Shown: positions 1 through 9,138, counted from the stretch's first letter. The stretch: DNA of 14,373 bases from a virus (IMGVR_UViG_2534681703_000013), one strand, 5' to 3'. The notes: generated by a model not told the origin, from the sequence alone. A program made the numbers and translations.

Positions 1-938
1 GCTCATTGCGGACAAAGACCTTTGCCACTTTCTCAATATCACCCAGCGACCCGACGTTCTCCGGCTTGCCGCCCATCAACTGAAAGGGGATGCGGTGCGC
101 GTCCAGCAGGTCAGCGGCGCTGGCTTTTTTGATATTAAAAAAATCGTCCTTCGTTGCCACTTCACTGAGCGGGATAATTTTAATGCCGTCAGCTTTCCCC
201 TGCGGGGCATAGAGAAACAGATTTTTAAAGTTGTTGCGGCCTTTCGACTTAACCATGTTTTCGCGAAGCATTTCGTATATCGTTGCGGTCCTGCACGGCA
301 TCGGTGACGTACATGATATATCCGGCATGAGCGCCGTTTTCGTAATACTTGCGGCGGAACAGCGTGGCCGACTCATTCAGCCAGGCAGAGTTAAGGGCGC
401 TGAGATATTCCGGCAGGCCGTACAGCTCCTGATTAATATCCGGCTCCAGCAGGTGAAACACGGAGCCGGGCGCGAAAGGTGTCGGCTCGTTGAAGGACGG
501 CACCCACCAGTAAACATCCTCCTCCACGCCACGGCGGGTATATTTTGCCGGTGAGGTTTCCAGTCTGATGACCTTACCGGTGGTGCTGTAACGCTTTTCC
601 AGAAACGCATTACCGAACACCAGAAAATCCAGCACAAAGCGGCTGAAATCCTGCTGGGAAAGCCACGGATGCGGGATAAATGTTGAGGCCAGAATATTAC
701 GTTTGACGTAAATCGGTGAGCTGTGATGCACGGCAGCACGCAGGCTTTTTGCCAGACCGGTAAAGCTGACCGGCGGCTCATACCATCTGCCGTTACTGAT
801 GCACTCGACGTAATCCAGAATGTCACGGCGGTCGAGTACCGGCACCGGCTCGCCAAAGGTGAATGCCTCCATTTTCGGGGCGCTGGCGGTCATTGTTTTT
901 GCCGCAGGTTGCGGTGTTTTCCCTTTTTTCTTGCTCAT
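1..938 (-). pseudogene. Q: Portal protein gpQ, partial at window start and frame-disrupted. N-terminal 229 codons are ORF 249..938; the C-terminal part continues in another frame from about 274 to beyond position 1.
   Basis: ORF track 249..938 (MSKKKGKTPQPAAKTMTAS...) matches recalled P2 gpQ N-terminus (P2 gpQ about 344 aa from memory). My translation of the minus strand 1..274 in a second frame gives an open, protein-like continuation (YEMLRENMVKSKGRNNFKNLFLYAPQGKADGIKIIPLSEVATKDDFFNIKKASAADLLDAHRIPFQLMGGKPENVGSLGDIEKVAKVFVRNE...). Start ATG is at 936-938 and shares one base with the P stop (TGATG). Confidence 0.8.
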
Positions 939-2714
939 CAGTAAAACTCCAGAATGGTGGATGTCAGCGGGGTGCTGATACCGGCGGTGAGTGGCTCATT
1001 TAACAGAGCGTGCATGGTCGCCCAGGCGAGGTCGGCGTGGCTGGCTTCCTCGCTGCGGCTGGCCTCATAGGTGGCGCTGCGTCCGCTGCTGGTCATGGTC
1101 TTGCGGATAGCCATAAACGAGCTGGTGATGTCGGTGGCGCTGACGTCATATTCCAGACAGCCACGGCGGATAACGTCTTTTGCCTTGAGCACCATTGCGG
1201 TTTTCATTTCCGGCGTGTAGCGGATATCGCGCGCGGCGGGATAGAACGAGCGCACGAGCTGGAACACGCCGACACCGAGGCCGGTGGCATCAATACCGAT
1301 GTATTCAACGTTATATTTTTCGGTGAGTTTGCGGATGGATTCTGCCTGGGTGGCAAAGTCCATGCCTTTCCACTGGTGACGCTCAAGTATTCTGAATTTG
1401 CCACCGGCCACCACCGGCGGTGCCAGCACCACGCATCCGGCGCTGTCGCCACGGTGTGACGGGTCGTAACCAATCCAGACCGGGCGGGAGCCGAACGGAT
1501 TGGTGGCAAACGGCGCATAGTCTTCCCATTCTTCCAGCGTGTCGACCATGCAGCGTTGCAGCTCCTCGAACGGGAACACCGACGCCTTGTCGTCAACAAA
1601 TTCACACATGAACAGGTTTTTAAAATCGTCGGCGCTGTTTTCACGTTTGAGCTGCTCAATGTCGAACAGTGTGCAGCCACCTTTCAGGGCGTCCTCAATG
1701 GTGACAATCTGCCGCCACTGGCCGTCCGCACAGAGAAGCCCACCGGCAAGGGCGTTATGACTGACGTCGATTTCCACGCGTTCGGCGGCGCTGGCGCGTC
1801 CCCGGTTAAACAGTTCACCTGACCAGAACGGATAGGCGTCGTGCGCCAGCGTGGACGGGGTGGAGAAATAGGTCGAGCGCAGGTGACTCTGTGAGGCCAT
1901 ACCTGATGCCACCTTACGCAGTACCTGAAAATTCGGGATCCAGAAAATCTCGTCGACGTACAGGTCACCGTTATGGCTCTGTGCGGTGTTGGAGTTGGTG
2001 CCGAGAAAAATCAGTTTTGCGCCGTTATTGCCCAGGACAATCGGGTCACCGGTCAGGTCAACGTCAACCAGCCGGGCAAAGGCGATGATGTATTCGCGGA
2101 ACACATACGCCTGCGTTTTACTGGCCGACAGAAAAATCTGGTTATGACCGGTTTTCAGGGCGCGCAGCAGCGCCTCGCGGGAAAAATAAAACGTTGCGCC
2201 AATCTGGCGGGATTTCAGGATATCGCGGATGCGGTGCTCAAGCCCGGCGCGATACCAGTGCAACTGATAGTCGAAAGACTGCTCAAAGAAAATCTGCTCC
2301 AGCTTTTCGATGGCCTCGTCACTGAAAAAATTCTTTTTCGGTTTGCGACGCCCGCCTTTGTTGCGGTTAGCGACGTTCGGATTAAGGTCTGCCTCGTTGC
2401 CGGTCTGACTGTAACGGTTGACCCGTGCCAGTCGTTCAATCTGGCGTCCGAGCAGGTCAATTTCCTTGAAGTCACCGCCGGTTTTCTGCGGTTTGATGAT
2501 GAGCTGGGTCAGCCGCGCTTCCAGACTCATTTCGACACGGCTGATGGGGGCAACGCTGTCCCAGCCGTCGCGCTGTTTCCAGCTCTGCACCGTCGGGCGT
2601 TTCATCTGCAACATGGCGGCGATCCTGCGGCACGGAAAATCCCTGCCCAGTACCGAGCAGCGCCGCCTGACGACGCGGGTCGTGTAAAAGAGTGGTGTCT
2701 GTGGTGATGGTCAT
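938..2714 (-). CDS. P: Terminase large (ATPase) subunit gpP. The 558-codon ORF 938..2614 is intact, but the likely true N-terminus (ATG at 2712-2714, GAGGT Shine-Dalgarno) is in a different frame, implying a 1-bp indel near 2624-2625.
   Basis: ORF track 938..2614 (558 aa) matches recalled P2 gpP. Frame of ORF 2472..2744 reads MTITTDTTLLHDPRRQAALLGTGQGFSVPQ and then the P frame reads IAAMLQMKRPTVQSW, together a helix-turn-helix-like N-terminus. Spliced length about 591 aa versus about 590 recalled for P2. Confidence 0.85.
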
Positions 2715-2887
2715 GAATACCTCGCCGTGATGAATACACGGCAAGGCTACTGAGTCGCGTCCCGCGATTCGCTAAGGTGCTGTTGTGTCAGTGATAAGCC
2801 ATCCGGGACTGATGGCGGAGGATGCGCATCGTCGGGAAACTGATGCCGACATGTGACTCCTCTAATCACTATTCAGGACTCCTGACA
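2715..2887. promoter_or_regulatory. Divergent late-promoter region between P (leftward) and O (rightward). Contains an imperfect dyad TGT-N12-CCA at 2784..2801 resembling the TGT-N12-ACA activator element of P2 late promoters.
   Basis: 173-bp gap between divergent start codons. Dyad tgtGTCAGTGATAAGcca read directly; its centre lies about 78 nt upstream of the P start codon. Role by analogy to Ogr-dependent P2 late promoters (established knowledge); exact -10 and +1 not determined. Confidence 0.45.
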
Positions 2888-3742
2888 ATGGCAAAAAAAG
2901 TCTCAAAATTCTTTCGTATCGGCGTTGAGGGTGACACCTGTGACGGGCGTGTCATCAGTGCGCAGGATATTCAGGAAATGGCCGAAACCTTTGACCCGCG
3001 TGTCTATGGTTGCCGCATTAACCTGGAACATCTGCGCGGCATCCTGCCTGACGGTATTTTTAAGCGTTATGGCGATGTGGCCGAACTGAAGGCCGAAAAG
3101 ATTGACGATGATTCGGCGCTGAAAGGCAAATGGGCGCTGTTTGCGAAAATCACCCCGACCGATGACCTTATCGCGATGAACAAGGCCGCGCAGAAGGTCT
3201 ACACCTCAATGGAAATTCAGCCGAACTTTGCCAACACCGGCAAATGTTATCTGGTGGGGCTGGCCGTCACCGATGACCCGGCAAGCCTCGGCACGGAATA
3301 CCTGGAATTCTGCCGCACGGCAAAACACAACCCCCTGAACCGCTTCAAATTAAGCCCTGAAAACCTGATTTCAGTGGCAACGCCTGTTGAGCTGGAATTT
3401 GAAGACCTGCCTGAAACCGTGTTCACCGCCCTGACTGAAAAGGTGAAATCCATTTTTGGCCGCAAACAGGCCAGCGATGACGCCCGCCTGAATGACGTGC
3501 ATGAAGCGGTGACCGCTGTTGCTGAACATGTGCAGGAAAAACTGAGTGCCACTGAGCAGCGCCTCGCTGAGATGGAAAACGCCTTTTCCGCACTTAAGCA
3601 GGAGGTGACTGACAGGGCGGATGAAACCAGCCAGGCATTCACCCGCCTGAAAAACAGTCTCGACCACACCGAAAGTCTGACCCAGCAGCGCCGCAGCAAG
3701 GCCACCGGCGGTGGCGGTGACGCCCTGATGACGAACTGCTGA
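2888..3742 (+). CDS. O: Capsid scaffolding protein gpO (284 aa). ORF-track start at 2822 is an upstream extension; ATG at 2888 gives MAKKVSKFFRIGVEGDT.
   Basis: ORF track 2822..3742; internal start gives 284 aa, the length recalled for P2 gpO, with a recognisable N-terminus. Confidence 0.9.
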   Translation: MAKKVSKFFRIGVEGDTCDGRVISAQDIQEMAETFDPRVYGCRINLEHLRGILPDGIFKRYGDVAELKAEKIDDDSALKGKWALFAKITPTDDLIAMNKAAQKVYTSMEIQPNFANTGKCYLVGLAVTDDPASLGTEYLEFCRTAKHNPLNRFKLSPENLISVATPVELEFEDLPETVFTALTEKVKSIFGRKQASDDARLNDVHEAVTAVAEHVQEKLSATEQRLAEMENAFSALKQEVTDRADETSQAFTRLKNSLDHTESLTQQRRSKATGGGGDALMTNC

Positions 3743-3796
3743 CCGGCGTCAGTCCAGGAAAACCTTCACGATTAACCCTTAATTTCAGGAATAACT

Positions 3797-4870
3797 ATGC
3801 GCCAGGAAACCCGCTTTAAATTTAATGCCTACCTGTCCCGTGTTGCCGAACTGAACGGCATCGACGCCGGTGATGTGTCGAAAAAATTCACCGTTGAACC
3901 GTCGGTCACCCAGACCCTGATGAACACCATGCAGGAGTCCTCTGACTTTCTGACCCGCATCAACATTGTGCCGGTCAGCGAAATGAAAGGGGAAAAAATT
4001 GGTATTGGTGTCACCGGCTCCATCGCCAGCACCACCGACACCGCCGGTGGCACCGAGCGTCAGCCGAAGGACTTCTCGAAGCTGGCGTCAAACAAGTACG
4101 AATGCGACCAGATTAACTTCGATTTTTATATCCGCTACAAAACGCTTGACCTGTGGGCGCGTTATCAGGATTTCCAGCTCCGTATCCGTAACGCCATTAT
4201 CAAACGCCAGTCCCTTGATTTAATCATGGCCGGTTTTAACGGCGTGAGGCGTGCCGAAACCTCTGACCGCAGCAGTAATCCGATGCTGCAGGATGTGGCG
4301 GTCGGCTGGCTGCAGAAATACCGCAATGAAGCCCCGGCGCGCGTGATGAGCAAGGTCACTGACGAGGAAGGGCACACCACCTCTGAGGTTATCCGCGTGG
4401 GTAAGGGCGGTGATTATGCCAGCCTTGATGCACTGGTGATGGATGCGACCAACAACCTGATTGAGCCGTGGTATCAGGAAGACCCTGACCTTGTGGTGAT
4501 TGTGGGGCGTCAGCTACTGGCGGACAAGTATTTCCCCATCGTCAACAAGGAGCAGGACAACAGCGAAATGCTGGCCGCTGACGTCATCATCAGCCAGAAA
4601 CGCATCGGTAACCTGCCGGCGGTACGCGTCCCGTACTTCCCGGCGGATGCGATGCTCATCACGAAGCTGGAAAACCTGTCCATCTACTACATGGATGACA
4701 GCCATCGCCGCGTGATTGAGGAAAACCCGAAACTCGACCGCGTGGAGAACTACGAGTCAATGAACATTGATTACGTGGTGGAAGACTACGCCGCCGGTTG
4801 TCTGGTGGAAAAAATTAAGGTCGGTGACTTCTCCACACCGACTAAAGTGACCGCAGAGCCGGGAGCGTAA
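3797..4870 (+). CDS. N: Major capsid protein gpN (357 aa).
   Basis: ORF track 3797..4870; sequence and length match recalled P2 gpN; AGGA ribosome-binding site upstream. Confidence 0.93.
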   Translation: MRQETRFKFNAYLSRVAELNGIDAGDVSKKFTVEPSVTQTLMNTMQESSDFLTRINIVPVSEMKGEKIGIGVTGSIASTTDTAGGTERQPKDFSKLASNKYECDQINFDFYIRYKTLDLWARYQDFQLRIRNAIIKRQSLDLIMAGFNGVRRAETSDRSSNPMLQDVAVGWLQKYRNEAPARVMSKVTDEEGHTTSEVIRVGKGGDYASLDALVMDATNNLIEPWYQEDPDLVVIVGRQLLADKYFPIVNKEQDNSEMLAADVIISQKRIGNLPAVRVPYFPADAMLITKLENLSIYYMDDSHRRVIEENPKLDRVENYESMNIDYVVEDYAAGCLVEKIKVGDFSTPTKVTAEPGA

Positions 4871-4873
4871 CCG

Positions 4874-5617
4874 ATGACGAGTCCCGCACAGCGCCACATG
4901 ATGCGGGTCTCGGCAGCGATGACCGCGCAGCGGGACGCCGCCCCGCTGCGACATGCAACTGTCTATGAGCAGATGCTGGTCAAGCTGGCCGCAGACCAGC
5001 GCACACTGAAAGCGATTTATTCAAAAGAGCTGAAGGCCGCGAAAAAACGCGAACTGCTGCCGTTCTGGTTGCCGTGGGTGAACGGCGTGCTGGAGCAGGG
5101 CAAAGGTGCACAGGATGACATTCTGATGACGGTCATGCTGTGGCGTCTGGATACCGGCGATATTGCCGGTGCGCTGGAGATTGCCCGTTATGCCCTGAAG
5201 TACGGTCTGACCATGCCGGGTAAACACCGCCGCACCCCGCCGTACATGTTCACCGAGGAGGTGGCGCTCGCGGCCATGCGCGCCCACGCTGCCGGTGAGT
5301 CTGTGGATACCCGCCTGCTGACGGAGACCCTTGCACTGACCGCCACGGCAGACATGCCTGATGAAGTGCGCGCAAAGCTGCACAAAATCACCGGTCTGTT
5401 TCTGCGTGACGCTGGTGATGCCGCCGGTGCGCTGGCGCACCTGCAACGTGCGACACAGCTCGACTGTCAGGCAGGCGTCAAAAAAGAGATTGAACGACTG
5501 GAGCGGGAGCTGAAACCGAAGCCGGAGCCGCAGCCAAAAGCGGCCACCCGCGCCCCGCGTAAGACCCGGAGCGTGACACCGGCAAAACGTGGACGCCCGA
5601 AAAAGAAAGCCAGTTAA
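4874..5617 (+). CDS. M: Terminase small/endonuclease subunit gpM (247 aa), with a basic KR-rich C-terminus.
   Basis: ORF track 4874..5617; length and sequence match recalled P2 gpM; starts 4 nt after the N stop. Confidence 0.9.
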   Translation: MTSPAQRHMMRVSAAMTAQRDAAPLRHATVYEQMLVKLAADQRTLKAIYSKELKAAKKRELLPFWLPWVNGVLEQGKGAQDDILMTVMLWRLDTGDIAGALEIARYALKYGLTMPGKHRRTPPYMFTEEVALAAMRAHAAGESVDTRLLTETLALTATADMPDEVRAKLHKITGLFLRDAGDAAGALAHLQRATQLDCQAGVKKEIERLERELKPKPEPQPKAATRAPRKTRSVTPAKRGRPKKKAS

Positions 5618-5716
5618 CAACCGAATGCGCCCCGCGCCAGGGCGGCACGCCGGTCAGTGAGGGTGAATCACCTGACACTGCACCGGCGTCCACCGCCCGA
5701 CTTTTCAGAGGTAGTC

Positions 5717-6226
5717 ATGATGACGCTGATTATTCCGCGAAAGGAGGCTCCCGTGTCCGGTGAGGGTACGGTGGTCATCCCGCAACCGGCAGGCGACGAG
5801 CCGGTGATTAAAAACACGTTCTTTTTTCCCGATATCGACCCGAAGCGCGTCCGGGAACGTATGCGCCTTGAGCAGACCGTCGCCCCCGCCCGTCTGCGTG
5901 AGGCCATCAAGTCAGGCATGGCGGAGACGAATGCGGAGCTGTACGAGTACCGCGAACAGAAAATTGCCGCCGGTTTTACGCGTCTGGCGGACGTCCCGGC
6001 GGACGACATCGACGGTGAAAGCATCAAAGTTTTTTACTACGAGCGCGCCGTGTGTGCGATGGCGACCGCGTCGCTTTATGAGCGTTATCGCGGCGTGGAT
6101 GCCAGTGCGAAAGGCGACAAGAAGGCTGACAGCATTGACAGCACCATTGATGAGCTGTGGCGGGATATGCGCTGGGCGGTGGCGCGTATCCAGGACAAGC
6201 CGCGCTGCATCGTGAGTCAAATCTGA
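5717..6226 (+). CDS. L: Head completion/stabilisation protein gpL (169 aa). ORF-track start at 5657 is an upstream extension; ATG at 5717 (MMTLIIPRKEAP) follows a GAGGT Shine-Dalgarno.
   Basis: ORF track 5657..6226; internal ATG gives 169 aa, the P2 gpL length; stop overlaps the X start (TGATG). Confidence 0.88.
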   Translation: MMTLIIPRKEAPVSGEGTVVIPQPAGDEPVIKNTFFFPDIDPKRVRERMRLEQTVAPARLREAIKSGMAETNAELYEYREQKIAAGFTRLADVPADDIDGESIKVFYYERAVCAMATASLYERYRGVDASAKGDKKADSIDSTIDELWRDMRWAVARIQDKPRCIVSQI

Positions 6227-6429
6227 TGAAGACCTTTGCGCTACAGGGCGACACGCTCGACGCCATTTGTGTCCGGTATTACGGGCGCACTGAGGGCGTG
6301 GTTGAGACCGTGCTCGCCGCAAATCCGGGACTGGCTGAACTGGGCGCGGTGCTGCCACACGGCACCGCCGTCGAACTGCCCGACGTTCAGACCGCGCCCG
6401 TGGCTGAAACTGTCAATCTGTGGGAGTAA
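6226..6429 (+). CDS. X: Tail protein gpX (67 aa, LysM-like).
   Basis: ORF track 6157..6429 contains MKTFALQGDTLDAICVRYYGRTEG... starting at 6226; 67 aa matches P2 gpX. Confidence 0.88.
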   Translation: MKTFALQGDTLDAICVRYYGRTEGVVETVLAANPGLAELGAVLPHGTAVELPDVQTAPVAETVNLWE

Positions 6430-6432
6430 CGC

Positions 6433-6714
6433 ATGACAGCAGAAGAAAAAAGCGTCCTGTCGCTTTTCATGATTGGGGTGCTGATTGTTGTCGGCAAGGT
6501 GCTTGCCGGTGGTGAACCCATCACCCCGCGTCTGTTTATCGGGCGCATGTTGCTCGGTGGTTTTGTCTCGATGGTTGCCGGTGTTGTTCTGGTGCAGTTT
6601 CCTGACCTGTCACTGCCTGCGGTGTGCGGCATCGGCTCCATGCTGGGTATCGCCGGTTATCAGGTGATTGAGATTGCCATTCAGCGCCGCTTTAAGGGCA
6701 GGGGGAAACCGTAA
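6433..6714 (+). CDS. Y: Holin gpY (93 aa).
   Basis: ORF track 6433..6714; hydrophobic segments plus charged C-terminus (RRFKGRGKP); length matches P2 gpY. Confidence 0.9.
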   Translation: MTAEEKSVLSLFMIGVLIVVGKVLAGGEPITPRLFIGRMLLGGFVSMVAGVVLVQFPDLSLPAVCGIGSMLGIAGYQVIEIAIQRRFKGRGKP

Positions 6715-7211
6715 TGCCGGTAATTAACACGCATCAGAATATCGCCGCCTTTCTCGACATGCTGGCCGTGTCCGAAGGGACGGCGAATCATCCGCTGACG
6801 AAAAACCGGGGCTATGACGTGATAGTCACCGGACTGGACGGAAAGCCGGAAATTTTCACCGACTACAGTGACCACCCGTTCGCGCATGGCCGACCGGCGA
6901 AGGTGTTTAACCGTCGCGGTGAAAAATCCACGGCCTCCGGTCGCTATCAGCAGCTTTACCTGTTCTGGCCGCACTACCGCAAACAGCTTGCCCTGCCGGA
7001 TTTCAGTCCGTTGTCACAGGACAGACTCGCCATTCAGTTGATCCGCGAACGCGGTGCACTGGATGACATCCGGGCGGGACGCATTGAGCGCGCCATTTCA
7101 CGCTGTCGCAATATCTGGGCGTCCCTGCCGGGTGCCGGTTACGGTCAGCGTGAGCATTCACTGGAAAAACTGGTCACCGTCTGGCGTACTGCTGGCGGCG
7201 TACCGGCTTAA
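6714..7211 (+). CDS. K: Endolysin gpK (165 aa).
   Basis: ORF track 6714..7211; matches recalled P2 gpK; start overlaps the Y stop (TAATG). Confidence 0.9.
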   Translation: MPVINTHQNIAAFLDMLAVSEGTANHPLTKNRGYDVIVTGLDGKPEIFTDYSDHPFAHGRPAKVFNRRGEKSTASGRYQQLYLFWPHYRKQLALPDFSPLSQDRLAIQLIRERGALDDIRAGRIERAISRCRNIWASLPGAGYGQREHSLEKLVTVWRTAGGVPA

Positions 7212-7225
7212 ACGGAGTAAACACC

Positions 7226-7651
7226 ATGAAGAAATTATCCCTTTCACTGATGCTGAACGTGTCGCTGGCGCTGATGTTGGCACTGTCCCTGATTTACCCG
7301 CAGAGCGTAGCCGTCAATTTTGTCGCTGCCTGGGCGATTCTGGCGACGGTTATCTGTGTGGTTGCCGGTGGTGTCGGCGTGTATGCCACTGAGTATGTGC
7401 TGGAACGCTACGGGCGGGAGCTGCCGCCGGAATCGCTGGCCGTGAAGATTGTCACGGCGCTGTTTTTGCAGCCGGTGCCGTGGCGCAGACGGGCGGCGGC
7501 TCTGGTGGTGATGGTGGTGACGTTTATCTCGCTGGTCGCTGCCGGGTGGATTTTTACTGCGCTGATTTACCTCGTGGCGTCGCTGTTTTTCCGGCTGATA
7601 CGTACGGCCTGCCGTCAGCGTTTTGAGGGGCGGGAACCATGTCAAAACTGA
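7226..7651 (+). CDS. lysA: LysA, membrane protein affecting lysis timing (141 aa).
   Basis: ORF track 7226..7651; multiple hydrophobic helices; position and length as in P2. Confidence 0.85.
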   Translation: MKKLSLSLMLNVSLALMLALSLIYPQSVAVNFVAAWAILATVICVVAGGVGVYATEYVLERYGRELPPESLAVKIVTALFLQPVPWRRRAAALVVMVVTFISLVAAGWIFTALIYLVASLFFRLIRTACRQRFEGREPCQN

Positions 7652-8082
7652 TGATTGTGCTGGTTGTGTTGTTATCACTGGCGGTGGCGGGGCTGTTTCT
7701 GGCGAAGCATGAAAACGCCAGCCTGCGCGCCTCGCTGGACAGGGCGAACAACGTCGCCAGCGGGCAGCAGACGACCATCACCGTGCTGAAAAATCAGCTT
7801 CATGTTGCCCTCACCAGGGCAGACAAAAACGAGCTGGCGCAGGTGGCTCTGCGTCAGGAACTGGAGAACGCCGCGAAGCGTGAAGCACAGCGCGAGAAAA
7901 CCATCACGAGGTTACTTAATGAAAACGAAGATTTTCGCCGCTGGTACGGCGCTGACCTGCCTGATGCTGTGCGCCGGTTGCACCAGCGCCCCGCCTGCAC
8001 CGACGCCAGTGATTGTCCACAACGCCTGCCCGAAAGTGAGTCTTTGCCCGATGCCGGGCAGCGACCCGGAGACGAACGGTGA
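7639..8082 (+). CDS. lysB: LysB, Rz-like inner-membrane spanin (147 aa) with N-terminal transmembrane segment and coiled-coil region.
   Basis: ORF track 7639..8082; N-terminal hydrophobic stretch MSKLMIVLVVLLSLAVAGLFLA; position after lysA. Confidence 0.85.
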   Translation: MSKLMIVLVVLLSLAVAGLFLAKHENASLRASLDRANNVASGQQTTITVLKNQLHVALTRADKNELAQVALRQELENAAKREAQREKTITRLLNENEDFRRWYGADLPDAVRRLHQRPACTDASDCPQRLPESESLPDAGQRPGDER

Positions 8083-8209
8083 TTTAAGTGCCGATATCCG
8101 GCAGCTTGAGAACGCGCTGGCGCGCTGTGCCAGCCAGGTAAAAATGATTAAATACTGTCAGGACGAAAACGATGCTCAAACCCGACAGCCTGCGCAGGGC
8201 GCTGACTGA
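7919..8209 (+). CDS. lysC: LysC, Rz1-like outer-membrane lipoprotein spanin (96 aa), nested in the +1 frame of lysB and extending past it.
   Basis: Within ORF 7802..8209, ATG at 7919 gives MKTKIFAAGTALTCLMLCAGC with a lipobox-like LCAGC; proline-rich after the Cys; 96 aa as recalled for P2 LysC. Confidence 0.8.
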   Translation: MKTKIFAAGTALTCLMLCAGCTSAPPAPTPVIVHNACPKVSLCPMPGSDPETNGDLSADIRQLENALARCASQVKMIKYCQDENDAQTRQPAQGAD

Positions 8210-8639
8210 TGCCGTCACGGTGCTGAAAACTAACCCCGATATGCTGCGGATATTCGTGGATAACGGGAGTATTGCCTCCACGCTGGCGGCGTCGTTGTCA
8301 TTCGAAAAGCGTTACACGCTCAATGTCATTGTGACCGACTTTACCGGTGATTTTGACCTGCTCATTGTGCCAGTGCTGGCGTGGCTGCGGGAAAATCAGC
8401 CCGACATCATGACCACTGACGAAGGTCAGAAAAAGGGCTTCACGTTTTATGCAGACATCAACAATGACAGCAGCTTTGATATCAGTATCAGCCTGATGCT
8501 GACCGAGCGCACGCTGGTCAGTGAGGTGGACGGCGCACTGCATGTGAAGAATATCCCGGAACCTCCGCCGCCGGAGCCGGTCACCCGCCCGGTGGAGCTT
8601 TATATCAATGGCGAACTGGTGAGCAAGTGGGATGAATGA
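8172..8639 (+). CDS. R: Tail completion protein gpR (155 aa).
   Basis: ORF track 8172..8639; matches recalled P2 gpR length and sequence. Confidence 0.88.
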   Translation: MLKPDSLRRALTDAVTVLKTNPDMLRIFVDNGSIASTLAASLSFEKRYTLNVIVTDFTGDFDLLIVPVLAWLRENQPDIMTTDEGQKKGFTFYADINNDSSFDISISLMLTERTLVSEVDGALHVKNIPEPPPPEPVTRPVELYINGELVSKWDE

Positions 8640-9084
8640 GTTTAAGCGTTTTGAAGACCGGCTGACCGGACTTATTGAATCGCTGTCACCGTCAGGGCGT
8701 CGGCGACTGAGCGCCGAACTGGCGAAACGTCTGCGGCAGAGTCAGCAGCGCCGGGTGATGGCACAGAAAGCCCCGGACGGCACACCCTACGCACCACGCC
8801 AGCAGCAGAGCGCCAGAAAAAAGACCGGTCGCGTTAAGCGAAAAATGTTTGCGAAACTTATCACCAGTCGTTTTTTGCATATCCGCGCCAGCCCGGAGCA
8901 GGCATCAATGGAGTTTTACGGCGGGAAGTCGCCGAAAATCGCCAGTGTGCATCAGTTCGGTCTGTCGGAAGAAAACCGGAAAGACGGTAAGAAAATTGAT
9001 TATCCGGCGCGTCCTCTGCTCGGCTTTACCGGTGAGGATGTGCAGATGATTGAAGAGATTATCCTGGCTCACCTCGACCGTTAG
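8632..9084 (+). CDS. S: Tail completion protein gpS (150 aa).
   Basis: ORF track 8632..9084; start overlaps the R end by 8 nt; length matches P2 gpS. Confidence 0.88.
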   Translation: MNEFKRFEDRLTGLIESLSPSGRRRLSAELAKRLRQSQQRRVMAQKAPDGTPYAPRQQQSARKKTGRVKRKMFAKLITSRFLHIRASPEQASMEFYGGKSPKIASVHQFGLSEENRKDGKKIDYPARPLLGFTGEDVQMIEEIILAHLDR

Positions 9085-9116
9085 TTGTGCCATTCCCGAC
9101 ACCTCATCGTCACATT

Positions 9117-9138
9117 GCCGCCGGTATGACCCGGCGGC
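9117..9138 (+). other. Perfect hairpin GCCGCCGG-tatgac-CCGGCGGC (8-bp stem, 6-nt loop) in the S-V intergenic region; possible operon-boundary terminator or 5'-UTR structure of the V transcript.
   Basis: Read directly from sequence; no U-tract follows, so intrinsic-terminator status is uncertain. Confidence 0.35.

Noticed and set aside
95-554. Plus-strand ORFs 95..307 and 231..554
   Set aside because: They lie antisense to the portal gene Q, whose homology runs continuously on the minus strand; typical shadow ORFs in GC-rich coding DNA.
270-2630. Programmed ribosomal frameshifting as the explanation for the Q and P frame breaks
   Set aside because: No slippery heptamer (X XXY YYZ) or downstream structure at either site, and no known precedent for P2 portal or terminase; indel or mutation is more parsimonious.
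1973-2707. Plus-strand 244-aa ORF
   Set aside because: Entirely antisense to the terminase gene P; Arg/Ala/Gly-rich low-complexity translation; no ribosome-binding site context.
2822-2887. Upstream extension of O (MRIVGKLMPTCDSSNHYSGLLT)
   Set aside because: It sits in the divergent promoter region; the internal ATG at 2888 gives the recognisable gpO N-terminus and the expected 284 aa.
5021-5620. Minus-strand 199-aa ORF
   Set aside because: Antisense to gpM; Arg/Gly-rich shadow ORF.
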